DNA of 64,000 bases from Anthoceros angustus (Eukaryota; Plantae; Anthocerotophyta). The notes below the pieces were generated by a model, which was not told where the DNA came from, made no database searches, and saw nothing but the letters and a program-made list of their open reading frames with translations. The stretch is from positions 434,001 to 498,000 of the forward strand of contig MU008170.1 in the NCBI GenBank assembly GCA_010909165.1. The letters are read 5' to 3'. The translations under genes were made by a program, and so were the position numbers. Positions 11,010-24,299 of the stretch are shown piece by piece. How positions within the stretch are numbered: the first letter of the stretch is position 1; each line of letters begins with the position of its first letter.

Positions 11010-12740
11010 TACACATCTTGCTTTCACTATATGCGGGAAGGGCGGATGTGGGAGCGATCCCTACGTTTGGTGTGTGCTTGACTACTAACATGCTTGTGTT
11101 GTGCTTGCGATTGGATGTATGGGGCGACTTGGACGAAGCGATCGTAATTTGCATCCGGCATGCACGGTGCTATCACTGGTGGGCCGAGAACCGCAAATCC
11201 TCCGCTTTCACATGTTGCTTTCACTATATATGCGGAAGGGCGGATGTGGGAGGCGGTCCCTACGTTTGTGTGCTTGACTACTAACATGCTTGTGTTGTGC
11301 TTGCGATTGGATGTATGGACTTGAGACGAAGATGATCGTAATTTACATCGCATGCAGGCTATCCGCGCTTCGGTGGGCGGCGCACTGCAAATCCTCCGCT
11401 TACACATGCCGCTTTCACTATATACGGAAGGAGATGTGGGAGCGATCCCTACGTTCGGTGTGCTTGACTACTAACATGCTTGTGCTTGCGATTGGATGTA
11501 TGGGGACGGACGAAGCGATCGTAATTTGCATCCGGCATGCACGGCCGCACTGGTGGGCGGCGCACCGCAAATCCTCCGCTTTCACATGTTGCTTTCACTA
11601 TATATGCAGAAGGACAGGATGTGGGAGGCGATCCCTACGTTCGGTGTGCTTGACTACTAACATGCTTGTGTTGTGCTTGCGATTGGATGTATGGGGCGAC
11701 TTGAGACGAAGCGATCGTAATTTGCATCCGCATGCACTGCATCACAGGCTGCTGGGTGGGCCAGCGCAAATCCTCCGCTTACACATGCCGCTTTCACTAT
11801 ATATGCGGAAGGACGGGATGTGGGAGCGTCCCTACGTTCGGTGTGCTTGACTACTAACATGCTTGTGTTGTGCTTGCGATTGGATGTATGGGGACGGACG
11901 AGCGATCGTAATTTACATCGCATGCAGTACTTTATCACGGCTGCTTGGGTGGGCGGCGCACCGTCCTCCGCTTTCACATGTTGCTTTCACTATATATGCG
12001 GGAAGGGCGGATGTGGGAGCGATCCCTACGTTCGTGTGCTTGACTACTAACATGATTGTGTTGTGCTTGCGATTGGATGTATGGGGCGACTTGAGACGGT
12101 GATCGTAATTTGCATCGGCATGCACTGCATCACAGGCTGCTGGGTGGGCGGCGCACCAAAATCCTCCACTTTCACATGTTGCTTTCACTATATGCGGAAG
12201 GACGGGATGTGGGAGCGGTCCCTACGTTCGGTGTGACTACTAACATGCTTGTGTTGTGCTTGATTGGATGTATGGGGCGACTTGAGACGAAGATGATCGT
12301 AATTTGCATCGGCATGCAGTTCTTCCACGGCCGGGTGGGCAGCGCACCGTCCTCCGCTTTCACATGTTGCTTTCACTATATATGCGGGAAGGAGATGATG
12401 TGGGGCATCCCTACGTTCGGTGTGGTTGATACTAACATGATTGTGTTGTGCTTGCATGGATGTATGGCAACTTGAGACGAAGATGATCGTCACTTCCATC
12501 GCATCCACACGCCCATCACGCTGGCGAGCCGCCGCAAATCCTCCGCTTTCACATGTTGCTTTCACTATATGCGGGAAGGAGATGATGTGGAGCGGTCCCT
12601 ACGTTTGTGTGGTTCAGTACTAACATGCTTGTGTTGTGCTTGCAGCTGGATGTATGGCACAGCTTCAGACCAGAAGATGATCGTCACTTCCATCTGGCAT
12701 CCACGGCTGCTGTCACGGCTGCTGGGTGGGCCGAGCATCC
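11010..12740. repeat. Tandem array, ~180-198 bp monomer, about 9 copies
   Basis: The anchor ttcactata recurs near 11022, 11220, 11414, 11594, 11793, 11986, 12184, 12373 and 12562. Every copy contains tactaacatg(c/a)ttgtg. Confidence 0.92.
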
Positions 12741-12779
12741 AACACCCTCTTCCTCATGCTGCATCTGTGCCCGCGCAGA

Positions 12780-14045
12780 GTGAGCGACCCGGCGTGTCTT
12801 AGGAGACGGTACATGTGGGGACGAACTCTACCGCTTTTTCTGCACTGAGCATATTAGGTGATGGACAGGCGTGTACCGTGTTGCACCTTTGCTTCACTTT
12901 TTGTTGATCGGGCCGATCTTGGAATGCAAGTGCCTTGCTGCTGAGCAAATTGAGAAGGATTTCGCAAATGGGATGCTCATACAACCTCGGCAAATGAAGG
13001 AAATTCGGCGCTCACACACACATCTTCAAGTGACACGGTATTCATGCATGCGGTTGTTTCCCTAGCGTTCCACCTTTGTTTCGTTTTATGCGGCATGGCG
13101 GCCGGGACTCACATTGTGCAAGGGTCTTGCTTTTCGGGCAACATGACAAGGATTTCGCCGAGGACCCCTCATACAAGGCCGGCAAGGAAGGAACCCCTCT
13201 TCCTCATCTGCATCTGCCACAGTGAGCGACCAGCGTGTCTTAGGAGACGGTACATGTGAGGGCGAACTCTACCGCTTTTACGCGAGCATATTAGGTGATG
13301 GGCGTGTCTGCGTGTTGCACCTTTGCTTCACTTTTTTGTTGATCGGGCCGATCTTGGAATGCAAGTGCCTTGCTGCTGAGCAAATTGAGAAGGATTTCGC
13401 AAATGGGATGCTCATACAACCTCGGCAAATGAAGGAAATTGACGCTCACACACACATCTTCAAGTGACACGGTATTCATGCATGCGGTTGTTTCCCTAAC
13501 GTTCCACCTTTGTTTCGTTTTATGCGGCATGGCAGCCGGGACTCACATTGTGCAAGGGTCTTGCTTTTCGGGCAACATGACAAGGATTTCGCCGAGGACC
13601 CCTCATACAAGGCCGGCAAGGAAGGAACCCCTCTTCCTCATCTGCATCTGCCACAGTGAGCGACCAGCGTGTCTTAGGAGACGGTACATGTGAGGGCGAA
13701 CTCTACCGCTTTTACGCGAGCATATTAGGTGATGGGCGTGTCTGCGTGTTGCACCTTTGCTTCACTTTTTTGTTGATCGGGCCGATCTTGGAATGCAAGT
13801 GCCTTGCTGCTGAGCAAATTGAGAAGGATTTCGCAAATGGGATGCTCATACAACCTCGGCAAATGAAGGAAATTGACGCTCACACACACATCTTCAAGTG
13901 ACACGGTATTCATGCATGCGGTTGTTTCCCTAACGTTCCACCTTTGTTTCGTTTTATGCGGCATGGCAGCCGGGACTCACATTGTGCAAGGGTCTTGCTT
14001 TTCGGGCAACATGACAAGGATTTCGCCGAGGACCCCTCATACGGC
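12780..14045. repeat. Tandem array, 434-bp unit, ~2.9 copies
   Basis: The anchor gtgagcgacc..gtgtcttaggagacggtacatgtg occurs at 12780, 13222 and 13656. Identical ORF translations recur at 434-bp spacing in the ORF track. Confidence 0.95.
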
Positions 14046-14312
14046 GGCAAAGGAAGGAACCCCTCTTACGATGCGGCATTCAGCCTCGGGCGGAAAGGAT
14101 AGATTTTCAAGTGCAACGACATTTGGCAGGTCACAATGATGTGTCTTGACAGTGATTACAGTCTACTTGTCCTTAGGATCTGGAATCTCTCGAACTGGCC
14201 GTGGAACACAACCTTGAAGCAACAAAACAAACCAAAAAAGCCATCACTTGTGCGCAGTCCCTCAAGCTTGCACAATTGCAGCCACACCACAAGAAGCACA
14301 TGTTCAAGTTCG

Positions 14313-14435
14313 CAAAACACCTACCTACCAAAAATCCTACAACCTTCTCCGCTCAAAACACCTACCTACCAAAAATCCTGCAACCTTCTCCGCTCAAAAC
14401 ACCTACCTACCAAAAATCCTACAACCTTCTCCGCT
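14313..14435. repeat. 41-bp tandem repeat, 3 copies
   Basis: caaaacacctacctaccaaaaatcct(a/g)caaccttctccgct at 14313, 14354 and 14395. Confidence 0.95.
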
Positions 14436-17400
14436 CACTCTGGAAAGAGTCGAAGAGCAGGGCCTCCATCCTCTTGTGCCCCAGTCCGTGGCCCCTCCGC
14501 TTCCGAGCTCGGTGGGCGCTCGGCACTGAGGAGGAGCCACTGTGGGGAAGGGGCACTGCGGCCGAGGCATACCGAGGCGAGGTGCCGCGTCTGTGGAATT
14601 GGAGGTGGAGGTGGAGCAAGCGGCATCCCACATGAAATGGAAAGGTGGGTGCGGGGAAAGGGAGAGGTGGGCGGTGGCGAGGAGGGAGGGTCTGGTCTTG
14701 ACTCCTTGACCATTAGGCACGCATGCGTTCATGATATCCATGAGCGCACTCGGGCTTCCACTTGCATGTTAGGGGCACTTGGGGCATCCTCTCCAACATG
14801 CCCTCCACCTCATTGCAGCGCAACCTAAGGTCGCGCACCTTCTCCACGACCTCCAGCAGCGTGGCCACGGCGCCACTCATGGCTGCATCAATGGCAATCA
14901 ACGATGCTCGAGTGGTCGCCATGATGCCCCAAAACTCCTCGGTAGCGAGGCTCACGAAGGCCGCCTTGGGATGCTGCCCGTTCTTGGTGCTCGCACGGTG
15001 CTCCTTGCGCGAGCACCGGAGTTCGCACCTCCGGCCTCGGCCCCCTCCATCTTCCCCTCCCGACTTGCGTCCTCCTCGAGGCTTAGGTTTGCCGCCGCGG
15101 CGGCCGCACCCTCTTCTTTTCCGCCCACAAACCCCGGCCTCGATCCACGGTGAGCTCGGCCAACTCTGCTCTTAGAGTGGCCGCCTCATCCTCGCCGCGA
15201 TTCGCCTCCCAAAGCGGCGCTCAATCTTCGGCGCTCCACATCCGTACACGATACGGGAGAAGCCATCCGAATCATAGATGATTCGATATGGCCTGCTCTC
15301 GTCGACGCCTTCAACACCTGCAACCACCAACCCATCATGCAGCTATTAGCATTGTTGTTAGTCCCATATGCAACCAAACACCAAGCACATTGTGCTTTTA
15401 CCGTCGGAGTCCTCAGAGATTTCGCCCCCTTGCGCCTCCACACCTCCCTCGCCATTCAACACTGCCCCACCCGCATCCTCCCCCTCTGAGGCCCTTGTGG
15501 CATCCACCCCTCGCGCCTCTGCCCGCAACCTCCTTGCAGGCGCCGCCATGCCTCCTCCTCCATGCCCTCCACGCCTCCTCCGGCCGCGGCCGGAGGCCGG
15601 AGGCCGGGCGAGGAGGAGCTCCGCCCTCCTCCGGCGCCATGGTCGCGGACCTTCTCCACGACCTCCGGCCGCCACCTCCGGCTCCACGGTGAGCTCGGTG
15701 GGGCGCTCGCGGCGGGCGCCGCCACACACTGTCGCCGTGGCGGGCTCAAGCCTCGGCCCCCTCCATCTCCCTCCGGCGCCATGGTCGCGGGCGCCGCCAC
15801 CTCCGGCTCCACGGTGAGCTCGGCGGCGGCCGCCACCTCCGGCGCCATGGTCGCGGGCGCCGCCACCTCCGGCTCCACGGTGAGCTCGGTGGGGCGCTCG
15901 CGGCGGCCGCACTGGCGCCGCCACCTCCGGCGCCATGGTCGCGGGCGCCGCCACCTCCGGCATCCATCTCCCTCCGGGCTGGCGGTGCCGCGCGTCTGTG
16001 GAATTGGAGGTGGAGGTGGAGCAAGCGGCATCCCCATGAAATGGAAAGGTGCGGGGAAAGGGAGAGGTGGGCGGTGGCGAGGAGGGAGGGTCTCGGGTCG
16101 CGACTCCTTGACCATTAGGCGTGCAGCAAGGTCGTTCATGATATCCATGAGCGCGCACTCGGGCTTCCACACACGCATGTTAGGGCGCAGGGCATCCTCT
16201 CCAACATGCCCTCCACCTCATTGCGGCGCAACCTAAGGTCGCGACCTTCTCCACGACCTCCGGCGCCATGGTCGCGGGCGCCGCCACTCATGGCTGCATC
16301 AATGGCAATCAACGATGCTCGAGTGGTCGCCATGATGCCCCAAAACTCCTCGGTAGCGAGGCTCACGAAGGCCGCCTTGGGATGCTGCCCGTTCTTCTTG
16401 GTGCTCGCACGGTGCTCAGCCGGCGAACACCGGAGTTCGCACCTCGGCCTCGGCCCCCTCCATCTTCCCCTCCCGACTTGCGTCCTCCTCGAGGCTTAGG
16501 TTTGCCGCCGGTGCACCCTCTTCTTTTCCGCCCACAAACCCCGGCTCCACGGTGAGCTCGGCCAACTCTGCTCTTAGAGTGGCCGCCTCATCCTCGCATT
16601 CGCCTCCCAAGCGGCGCTCAATCTTCGGCGCTCCACATCGGTGTACACGTCACGGGCCAGTGCCATCCGAATCATAGATGATTCGATATGGCTGCTCGTC
16701 GACGCCTTCAACACTGCAACCACCAACCCATCATGCGGCTATTAGCATTGTTGTTAGTCCCATATGCAACCAAACACCAAGCACATTGTGCTTTTACGTC
16801 AGTCCTCGATTTCGCCTTGCGCCTCCACACCTCCCTCGCCATTCAACACACCGCATCCTCCCCTCACGAGGCCCTTGTGGCATCCACCCCTCGGCCGCGC
16901 CTCTGCCCACAACCTCCTTGCAGGCGCTGCCAGTCTTGGCCTCGCCACCTCCGCCCTCCGCCTCCTCCCCGGAGGCCGGAGGCCGGAGGAGGAGCTCCGC
17001 CCTCCACCTCATTGCGGCGCAACCTAAGGTCGCGGACCTTCTCCACGACCTCCGGCCGCCACCTCCGGCTCCACGGTGAGCTCGGTGGGGCGCTCGCGGC
17101 GGGCGCCGCCACACTGTCGCCGTGGCGGGCTCAAGCCTCGGGCTGCCGCCGCGGCCAGTATGTCGACCGCACCGCTGCAGCCCAGCTGCGGTCAGTGCGG
17201 CCGAGGCACCTCGGCCTGTGTGCGACCATGCGGCTGCAGTGGCCGCCTCATCCTCGCCATTCAACACCGCCCCACCATGCGGCGGGCGCTGCGGCCGCCA
17301 CCTCCGGCATCCATCTCCCTCCGGGCTGGCGGGCTGGCGCCGCCACCTCCGGCCGCCACCTCCGGCTCCACGGTGAGCTCGGCGGCGGCCGCGGTGCTCC

Positions 17401-19300
17401 CGCCATGCCGCTTGCGGCTGGTGGGGGCGCTCGCGGCGCCTCCTCCTCCTCCTCCAGCACGCCACGCGGGGAGGTCCTCCATGCCCTCCACCTCCCCCCT
17501 TTGTTGGTGTAGCCTCCTCCATGCCCTCCACGGTGAGCTCGGTGGGGCGCTCGGCACTGAGGAGGAGCCAGAGGAAGGGGCACTGCGGCCGAGGCATACA
17601 GGCGAGGTGCCGCGTCTGTGGAATTGGAGGTGGAGGTGGAGCAAGCGGCATCCCACATGAAATGGAAAGGTGGGTGCGGGGAAAGGGAGAGGTGGGCGGT
17701 GGCGAGGAGGGAGGGGTCTCGGGTCGCTCCTTGACCATTAGGCGGTGCAGGTCGTTCATGATATCCATGAGCCGGCACTCGGGCTTCCACTTGCATGTTA
17801 GGGGCACTTGGGGCATCCTCTCCAACATGCCCTCCACCTCATTGCGGCGCAACCTAAGGTCGCGGACCTTCTCCACGACCTCCGGCGCCATGGTCGCGGG
17901 CGCCGCCACTCATGGCTGCATCGATGGCAATCAACGATGCTCGAGTGGTCGCCATGATGCCCCAAAACTCCTCGGTAGCGAGGCTCACGAAGGCCGCCTT
18001 GGGATGCTGCCCGTTCTTGGTGCTCGCACGGCATTTGCTCAGCCGGGCACCGGAGTTCGCACCTCGGCCTCGGCCCCCTCCATCTTCCCCTCCCGACTTG
18101 CGTCCTCCTCGAGGCTTAGGTTTGCCGCCGCGGCGGCCGCACCCTCTTCTTTTCCGCCCACAAACCCCGGTGCCTCCGGCTCCACGGTGAGCTCGGCCAA
18201 CTCTGCTCTTAGAGTGGCCGCCTCATCCTCGCCTTGATTCGCCTCCCAAAGCGGCGCTCAATCTTCGGCGCTCCACATCGGTGTACACGATGCGGGCAGA
18301 GTACCATCCGAATCATAGATGATTCGATATGGCTGCTCGTCGACGCCTTCAACACTGCAACCACCAACCCATCATGCTATTAGCATTGTTGTTAGTCCCA
18401 TATGCACCAAACACCAAGCACATTGTGCTTTTACGTCAGTCCTCGATTTCGCCCCCTTGCCTCCACCTCCCTCGCCATTCACCGCATCCTCCCCTCACGA
18501 GGCCCTTGTGGCATCCACCCCCTCCGGCGCCATGGTCGCGGGCGCCGCCACCTCCGCCCTCCACCTCATTGCGGCGCAAGTCTTGGCCTCGCCACCTCCG
18601 CCCTCACGCCTCCTCCTCCATGGCGCAATCCTCCGGCCGGAGGCCGGAGGCCGGGCGAGGAGGAGCTCCGCCCTCCCCTCCCGGGTGACAGAGACCGGGC
18701 TGCACTGCGGCCGCCACCTCCGGCGCCATGGTCGCGGCGGGCGCCGCCACACTGTCGCCGTGGCGGGCTCAAGCCTCGGGCTGCCGCGGCCAGTATGTGC
18801 GACCCACCGCTGCAGCCCCAGCTGCGGTCAGTGCGGCCGAGGCGCACCTCGGCCTGTGTGCGGCCATGCGGTACCGCCATGGTCGCGGGCGCCGCCACCT
18901 CCGGCGCCATGGTCGCGGGCGCCGCGGCCGCCACCTCCGGCATCCATCTCCCTCCGGGCTGGCGGGCTGGCGCCGCCACCTCCGGCTCCACGGTGAGCTC
19001 GGCGGCGCCTCCTCCTCCATGGCGCAATCCTCCGGCCGCCATGCCGCTTGCGGCTGGTGGGGGCGCAGCCTCCTCCTCCTCCTCCAGCATGCAGGCGCCG
19101 AGGGAGGTCCTCCATGCCCTCCACCTCCCCCCTTTGGTGTAGCCTCCTCCATGGCGCAATCCTCCGACGCCATGGTCGCGGGCGCCAGCGTGACCTCCAT
19201 CTCCTCTCCTTCGCGCCGCCATGCCTCCTCTCCTTCCTGCGGTTGGAAATGGATGAACACTCCACAGCGCCTTCTTGTACCAAGGCATAGCTCTCAAAAC
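14435..19300 (-). pseudogene. Triplicated, frameshifted part of a spliced orphan gene with VNTR-encoded Ala/Pro/Glu repeats
   Basis: The block gtctgtggaattggaggtggaggtggagcaagcggc recurs near 14589, 15995 and 17615. A minus-strand ~84-nt intron (GTAAAAGC..TTGCAG, 15318-15401) is present in all three copies. Recurrent peptides: ATEEFWGIMATTRASLIAIDAAM, EKVRDLRLRRNEVEGMLERMP, ELTVEPEVA and APATMAPEVA. Confidence 0.5.
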
Positions 19301-19949
19301 TTGCGTCCCAATAAATGTTGTGGATGCCAAGTGGTTTTGTAGCATTTTAAATGGCCTCCCCTACCGGTGGCTTTGGCGGTGCCACATGTGATTTATTGCG
19401 CTCAGTGCGTGCATCGTTGTCCAACCTCGGTCTGCGGTTGCATGGCGTTCACTGCCAGCCCAAGATCACGGTTGCCAATGCCACTCCCTTTGCCGCTTTG
19501 AGCGATCGTTGATGACCGCCGGTCGCCACTCGCGATGCACATTTCCGAAGTTGCGGCGTTTCTGCCTTCTCATGCTGGCCAAATACATTATATAATGCCA
19601 CTTTATTCCTTTGCATTGAACATCACATGTGTCAACCCAAAATGTGCCCAGGTCCATGTGTTGCGTGACTACCTCAAGCACCGGTATTTGGAGTCTGACG
19701 ACAAGTGAGGCTTCATATTGTGTAGCTCCATGGCATCAAAGGCGGTACGCATCCTACTTGAACATCACGCCTTTCCTAATATGGGTGCACTAGTCACTCC
19801 ACCGCCTTGTTGCATCAACCACTCTTATAACCCATAGCGGTGGCGCTGCTATAGTCGGCCTTCGAGTCGCCATGGGCGGCAAGTTCAAAACTATCAGCTG
19901 TGGTTGCAAACCCGGCCCGCAATGACAATCCGGCAACCTTTGAGCGACA

Positions 19950-21110
19950 CCTTGTCCATCATCCCATGCAATGGGGTCGCTTTCCTGCAATGCTCCACCT
20001 TCGCGCGCCTCTCTCCGCGGATATGGCTCCGCCATGCCTCCTCCATGGCGCAATCCTCCGACGCCATGGTCGCGGCGCCTCCTCCATGGCGCAATCCTCA
20101 AGGAAGCGGCGAACCGCCTTCCCTCCGCTTCCCTCGCCATTCAACACCGCCCCACTTCCATCCGCGTGCAAACCCATCCGGCCGCATGCCCGGTGACTCG
20201 CTGACACAGAATGCGATGGCCCATACCTCGCCACTCTCAAATGCACCAATATGGCAAGGTAATTACCGCAGATGGCGCCCTTCCACCCGCACATTTCGTG
20301 CGGTATTCTTGCTCAACAATGTGCCACACCTTTGGCATCCATTATGCGGCGAACTTGGTAATGTCAACGTGTTTCACGCGCACCACACATTCGCACGCGT
20401 CGTGCTATGTGTCTCCCCTCATCGCCAAGCACACGGTCGATCGTCCACATCGCGATGCCCTCCTTCCTTCCAGTGGCGCCGCCGCCACCCATCTCACGCC
20501 TTTCAATGTCGCGCGCCTCTCTCCGCGGATATGGCTCCGCCATGCCTCCTCCATGGCGCAATCCTCCGGCGCCATGGTCGCGGCCGACTAGCGCAATCCT
20601 CAAGGAAGCGGCGAACCGCCTTCCCTCCGCTTCCCTCGCCATTCAACACCGCCCCACTTCCATCATGGTACACCCATCCGGCCGCATGCCCGGCGGCTAC
20701 CGGAATCACGGTGGCCCATACCTCGCCACTCTCGCCAATAGCAACCGTAGTCGGTACCGCGGTGGCGCCCTTCCACCCGCACATTTCGTGCGGTATTCTT
20801 GCTCAACAATGTGCCACACCTTTGGCATCCATTATACGGCGAACTTGGTAATGTCAACGTGTTTCACGCGCACCACACATTCGCACGCCGTGCTATGTGT
20901 CTCCCCTCATCGCCAAGCACACGGTCGATCGTCCACATCGCGGTGCCCTCCTTCCTTCCATGACGCCGCCACCCATCTCACGCCTTTCAATGTCGCGCAC
21001 CCGAATGCAATGCCTCCTCGCGCGACATTCAACTTCCCAGCTTCCGCCTTCCCTCCGCTTCCCCAACACATGCGATGGCTTGGTCGGCGTGCTTGAAGAA
21101 ATCCGGCAAC
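19950..21110. repeat. Diverged tandem duplication, ~0.5 kb unit x2
   Basis: Anchor gcgcctctctccgcggatatggctccgccatgcc at ~20005 and ~20513. Anchor ggcgcccttccacccgcacatttcgtgcgg at ~20275 and ~20764. Confidence 0.85.
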
Positions 21111-24100
21111 CTTTGAGCGACACCTTGTCCATCATCCCATGCAATGGGAGGCGGGGGTTCGGTGTGGCCTATTCCGTTCAATGTCACAGCGAATTGGCAT
21201 CACGGTCCACTTTTCATTGCTCGCTTACGGTGCGGTGCAATGGGCCTCGTGTCAACACGGCCTCGGCCTCCTCCTCAAATGCACATGTCCAAGCAGGCGG
21301 AACCTCGAAACAAATGCGGGTTGGCGCACACCTAACGTTCACGCGTTTCCGTCTGAGAGTTCATGCGGATGGCTTCATCACCAGCGTCGCCATGACCAGC
21401 TTTGAGACATAAAGGCGGGAGGTGTGGAGGAGCACGTCTTTCGCTCGGTGTGGCCTATTCCGTTCAATGTCGCGCACCGCCTCACAACCATCGGCCGCGA
21501 GAAGTACACCCTATCGGTTATGAAGGTGTACAAGCGCGACTGTCTCGAATGTCATCTCCGTCGGTCTCACGTAACATGTCCTTCAAGATCGGCAAGCAAG
21601 CGTCGAACTTCACGGGCTGCGAAATGCGTCCGCATCCATGTGTGGCATTGAAGAACACTGCTCACACTCTCAAGCGTGCACTCTCCTATGCGATCCGGCA
21701 TAGCTCGCTGTCGGTATGGACCACATGTCGAAATCCCTCCCCACCAACCCACCCACGCAGCTCTTGGAGAACAAGTGTTGCTCCTGCGGCTTCACGTCGC
21801 GCGCCACCGCTTCCCCAACACATGCGATGGCTTGGTCGGCGTGCTTGAAGAAATCCGGCAGCCTTTCCGCCATGAGTCATTGCCGTCGATATTCTGTTGC
21901 TCCTCCTCGCCCGCCACCCATCTCACGCCTTTCGCCATGACCAGCTTTGAGACATAAAGGCGGGTGGGTGGGCGACATGTCGACTTTGAAAGCCCTCCTC
22001 AATGTCTTCGTGCCCTGTGTCCTTCCACTCCTTGTGCACGCCATCCTTGACCGCCCGAGCATGCGCTAGCGTGGCAAACGTCATCGGACGGCTGACCTCA
22101 ATGCCGGTGGCACCATGTCTGACGGTGGCGAAGAACATTGCCTCACGAGAGGGCGCACGTGGTGTCACGGTGCAAGTGTTAGCGCCTCCGTGGGCATGGT
22201 CACACAACTTACCATGCTACGATGCAGAGGGTCTGATGATGTCCGTTGGCTGATGTGGTATTGGGTGCCCCCCCCCATGACATTCCGTTCAAACACACCG
22301 TCCACAAATGCTGGCGACTCCCAGAACCGCCTCCATGCCTCGCTGATGCCGTGTTGGCCCGCCGGCGTCCACAGTGCCAACCTCCTGGAACACCTCCCCT
22401 CGATCCCCATACCGGGTGCTGTACACCACCCGCATCGGTGGAAATGGTCCGCCTCTTCCTTCCCAAAGTCGGAAATTGTCGAATAACGCCGACACTCCAT
22501 GCCGGGTTCCACATGCAGTGTTAGGTGGTCCTCGAAGCGACGCTCACTCGTCTGAGGCGCATACGATGCCTTCCGCCACCGCAAAGCCAGCTGCATCTCG
22601 CTTTATGCGCCGCCGTGCGCTTCTTCACCTGCGGCTCGTGGCGCACGCATACCATCTTGGGCGCTCGCCGTCCTCACGATCCGGCATCGGTGTGCATTGA
22701 TTCCACCCATGTGAGGTGGCTGCGGTGCGATTCGCGGCATCTCCTCCTCGTCTGTGCGAATCTCGGTTGGTGGTCCTCCGTGATCTGCTGCAACTCTTCC
22801 CGTGATGGTCCCAAGGTCCACCACATCATCCAGTCCTCCAAGTCCATCCCCCTGGTGAAGCCCTTCGAAAAAGCCTTGTATGGTGGTGTTTGACAATTCC
22901 ATCCATCCATCCTTTGCACCGGTGAATCTTGTCCAGCCCATCACCGAGTTCGTCCTCGCTTCGCATCAGATTGCGGTCTTGCCGAGCTGCGCGCTGTCGC
23001 TTCCCCATCGGCCATACCAGCCTTCTCCTGCGGTGACCCGGTATCTCGAAAAAGCACCTCATTCGCGGTGGGCGGCCCGCCATGCTGCCTTCCCCTCCAC
23101 TTGCCGCGTCGCGGTGTCTTCGAGCCCTCCACCGCCAGAATGTTTTACGCCATGCGGCAGCGGCGACTCCTCCTGCTCCCGCCTCGACCACCACCATGCT
23201 CTCTTGCAGCCCAGGCATCGCCGGTTCGGACTCCGGCGGTACCTTCCGCACTGTAGTGCGAGCGGTGGCCCTTTTCGGCAAAGTGGCGCATTGTGTCGCA
23301 TGCCCACATGTCGCGGTGTCGTGCGATTGCGGCCGTAGTCCACCACGAGTGCAGCGTCTGCGAGGTGATCATCCGCTTTGAACTCTCCCTCCAAAGACGC
23401 GACCTCCACCTCGCGCCCCGAGCAACCCCGGTTGCCACCTCCATGTCTTCACCTTAGCCAAGTCACCTCGATGGCGCACCCGCCGCTTTCGATCGCGCGC
23501 GCAGCGTGCGAGCGCTGTGAGCATCCCATATGTACAACATACGCATCGGCCGGTCCGCTCTGCGGCATCTTTACTGGAGGAATCGTGCATATCATTCGAC
23601 ACCAGCGCGTGCGAGATGCAACCGTGGCATCCGCACAACAAGACACCAGGCGCCGCCCGGTGAGATCGAGCAGGTCCACCACCGCATCGGCGATGGGCGG
23701 CCCGCAGTTCGCCTAACGGTGTTCCGTATGCGTGGCTCCTCCGGCATGGTCATGGGCACGGAAACTTCCACTTGTGTGCAATCGAGCGCAGACATGAACA
23801 CAACTTGGCCACCCTACGCATCGGCGTCCACTGAGTATTCTTTGTCGAGTGGAATTTGTATCCGCAAAGCTTGTTGTGCCCGCGCTGCGGCTCGGCCCAT
23901 GTTGCTCCTCTGCCTCTTTGCGGGCGGTCCGCATCCGTGATTCGCATGCGTGAATGGGATCGTCCCCACCGCAGCCCGCCGCCTCCGGCTCCCATCTGCT
24001 TGCTGGGTGCGGCCCCTCGCCCGGGCAGGTGCCCAGTCCTCTGATACGCAGGCAGGCGCGCGGCACGTTGAACCTCCGGCGGATCCGACAATTGCGGCTG

Positions 24101-24299
24101 GCGGCGGCCGTGCGATCTCGCGACATTGTGTGGGCGATCTGGACTCCGACCCCATACCATGTGAACCTTTGCGAGCCGCCCTTGGCTGCAAGCCTGCAGC
24201 AGCCGTCCAGAGCGACCCCTGCATGCATGGTGGACAAACTGAGTCGTATGCCCGCGAGACTGATGTATGCACAGGCAGCTGACGGCATCTGTCTCGCAT

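Noticed and set aside
11022-12570. CACTA pentamer in each monomer as a CACTA transposon end
   Set aside because: It is internal to a tandem unit, and I found no matching TAGTG terminus or 3-bp TSD at the island's right edge.
11010-12740. CRISPR-like look of a conserved repeat with a variable patch
   Set aside because: The unit is ~190 bp, the variable patches are related to one another rather than unique spacers, there are no cas genes and the context is eukaryotic and spliced.
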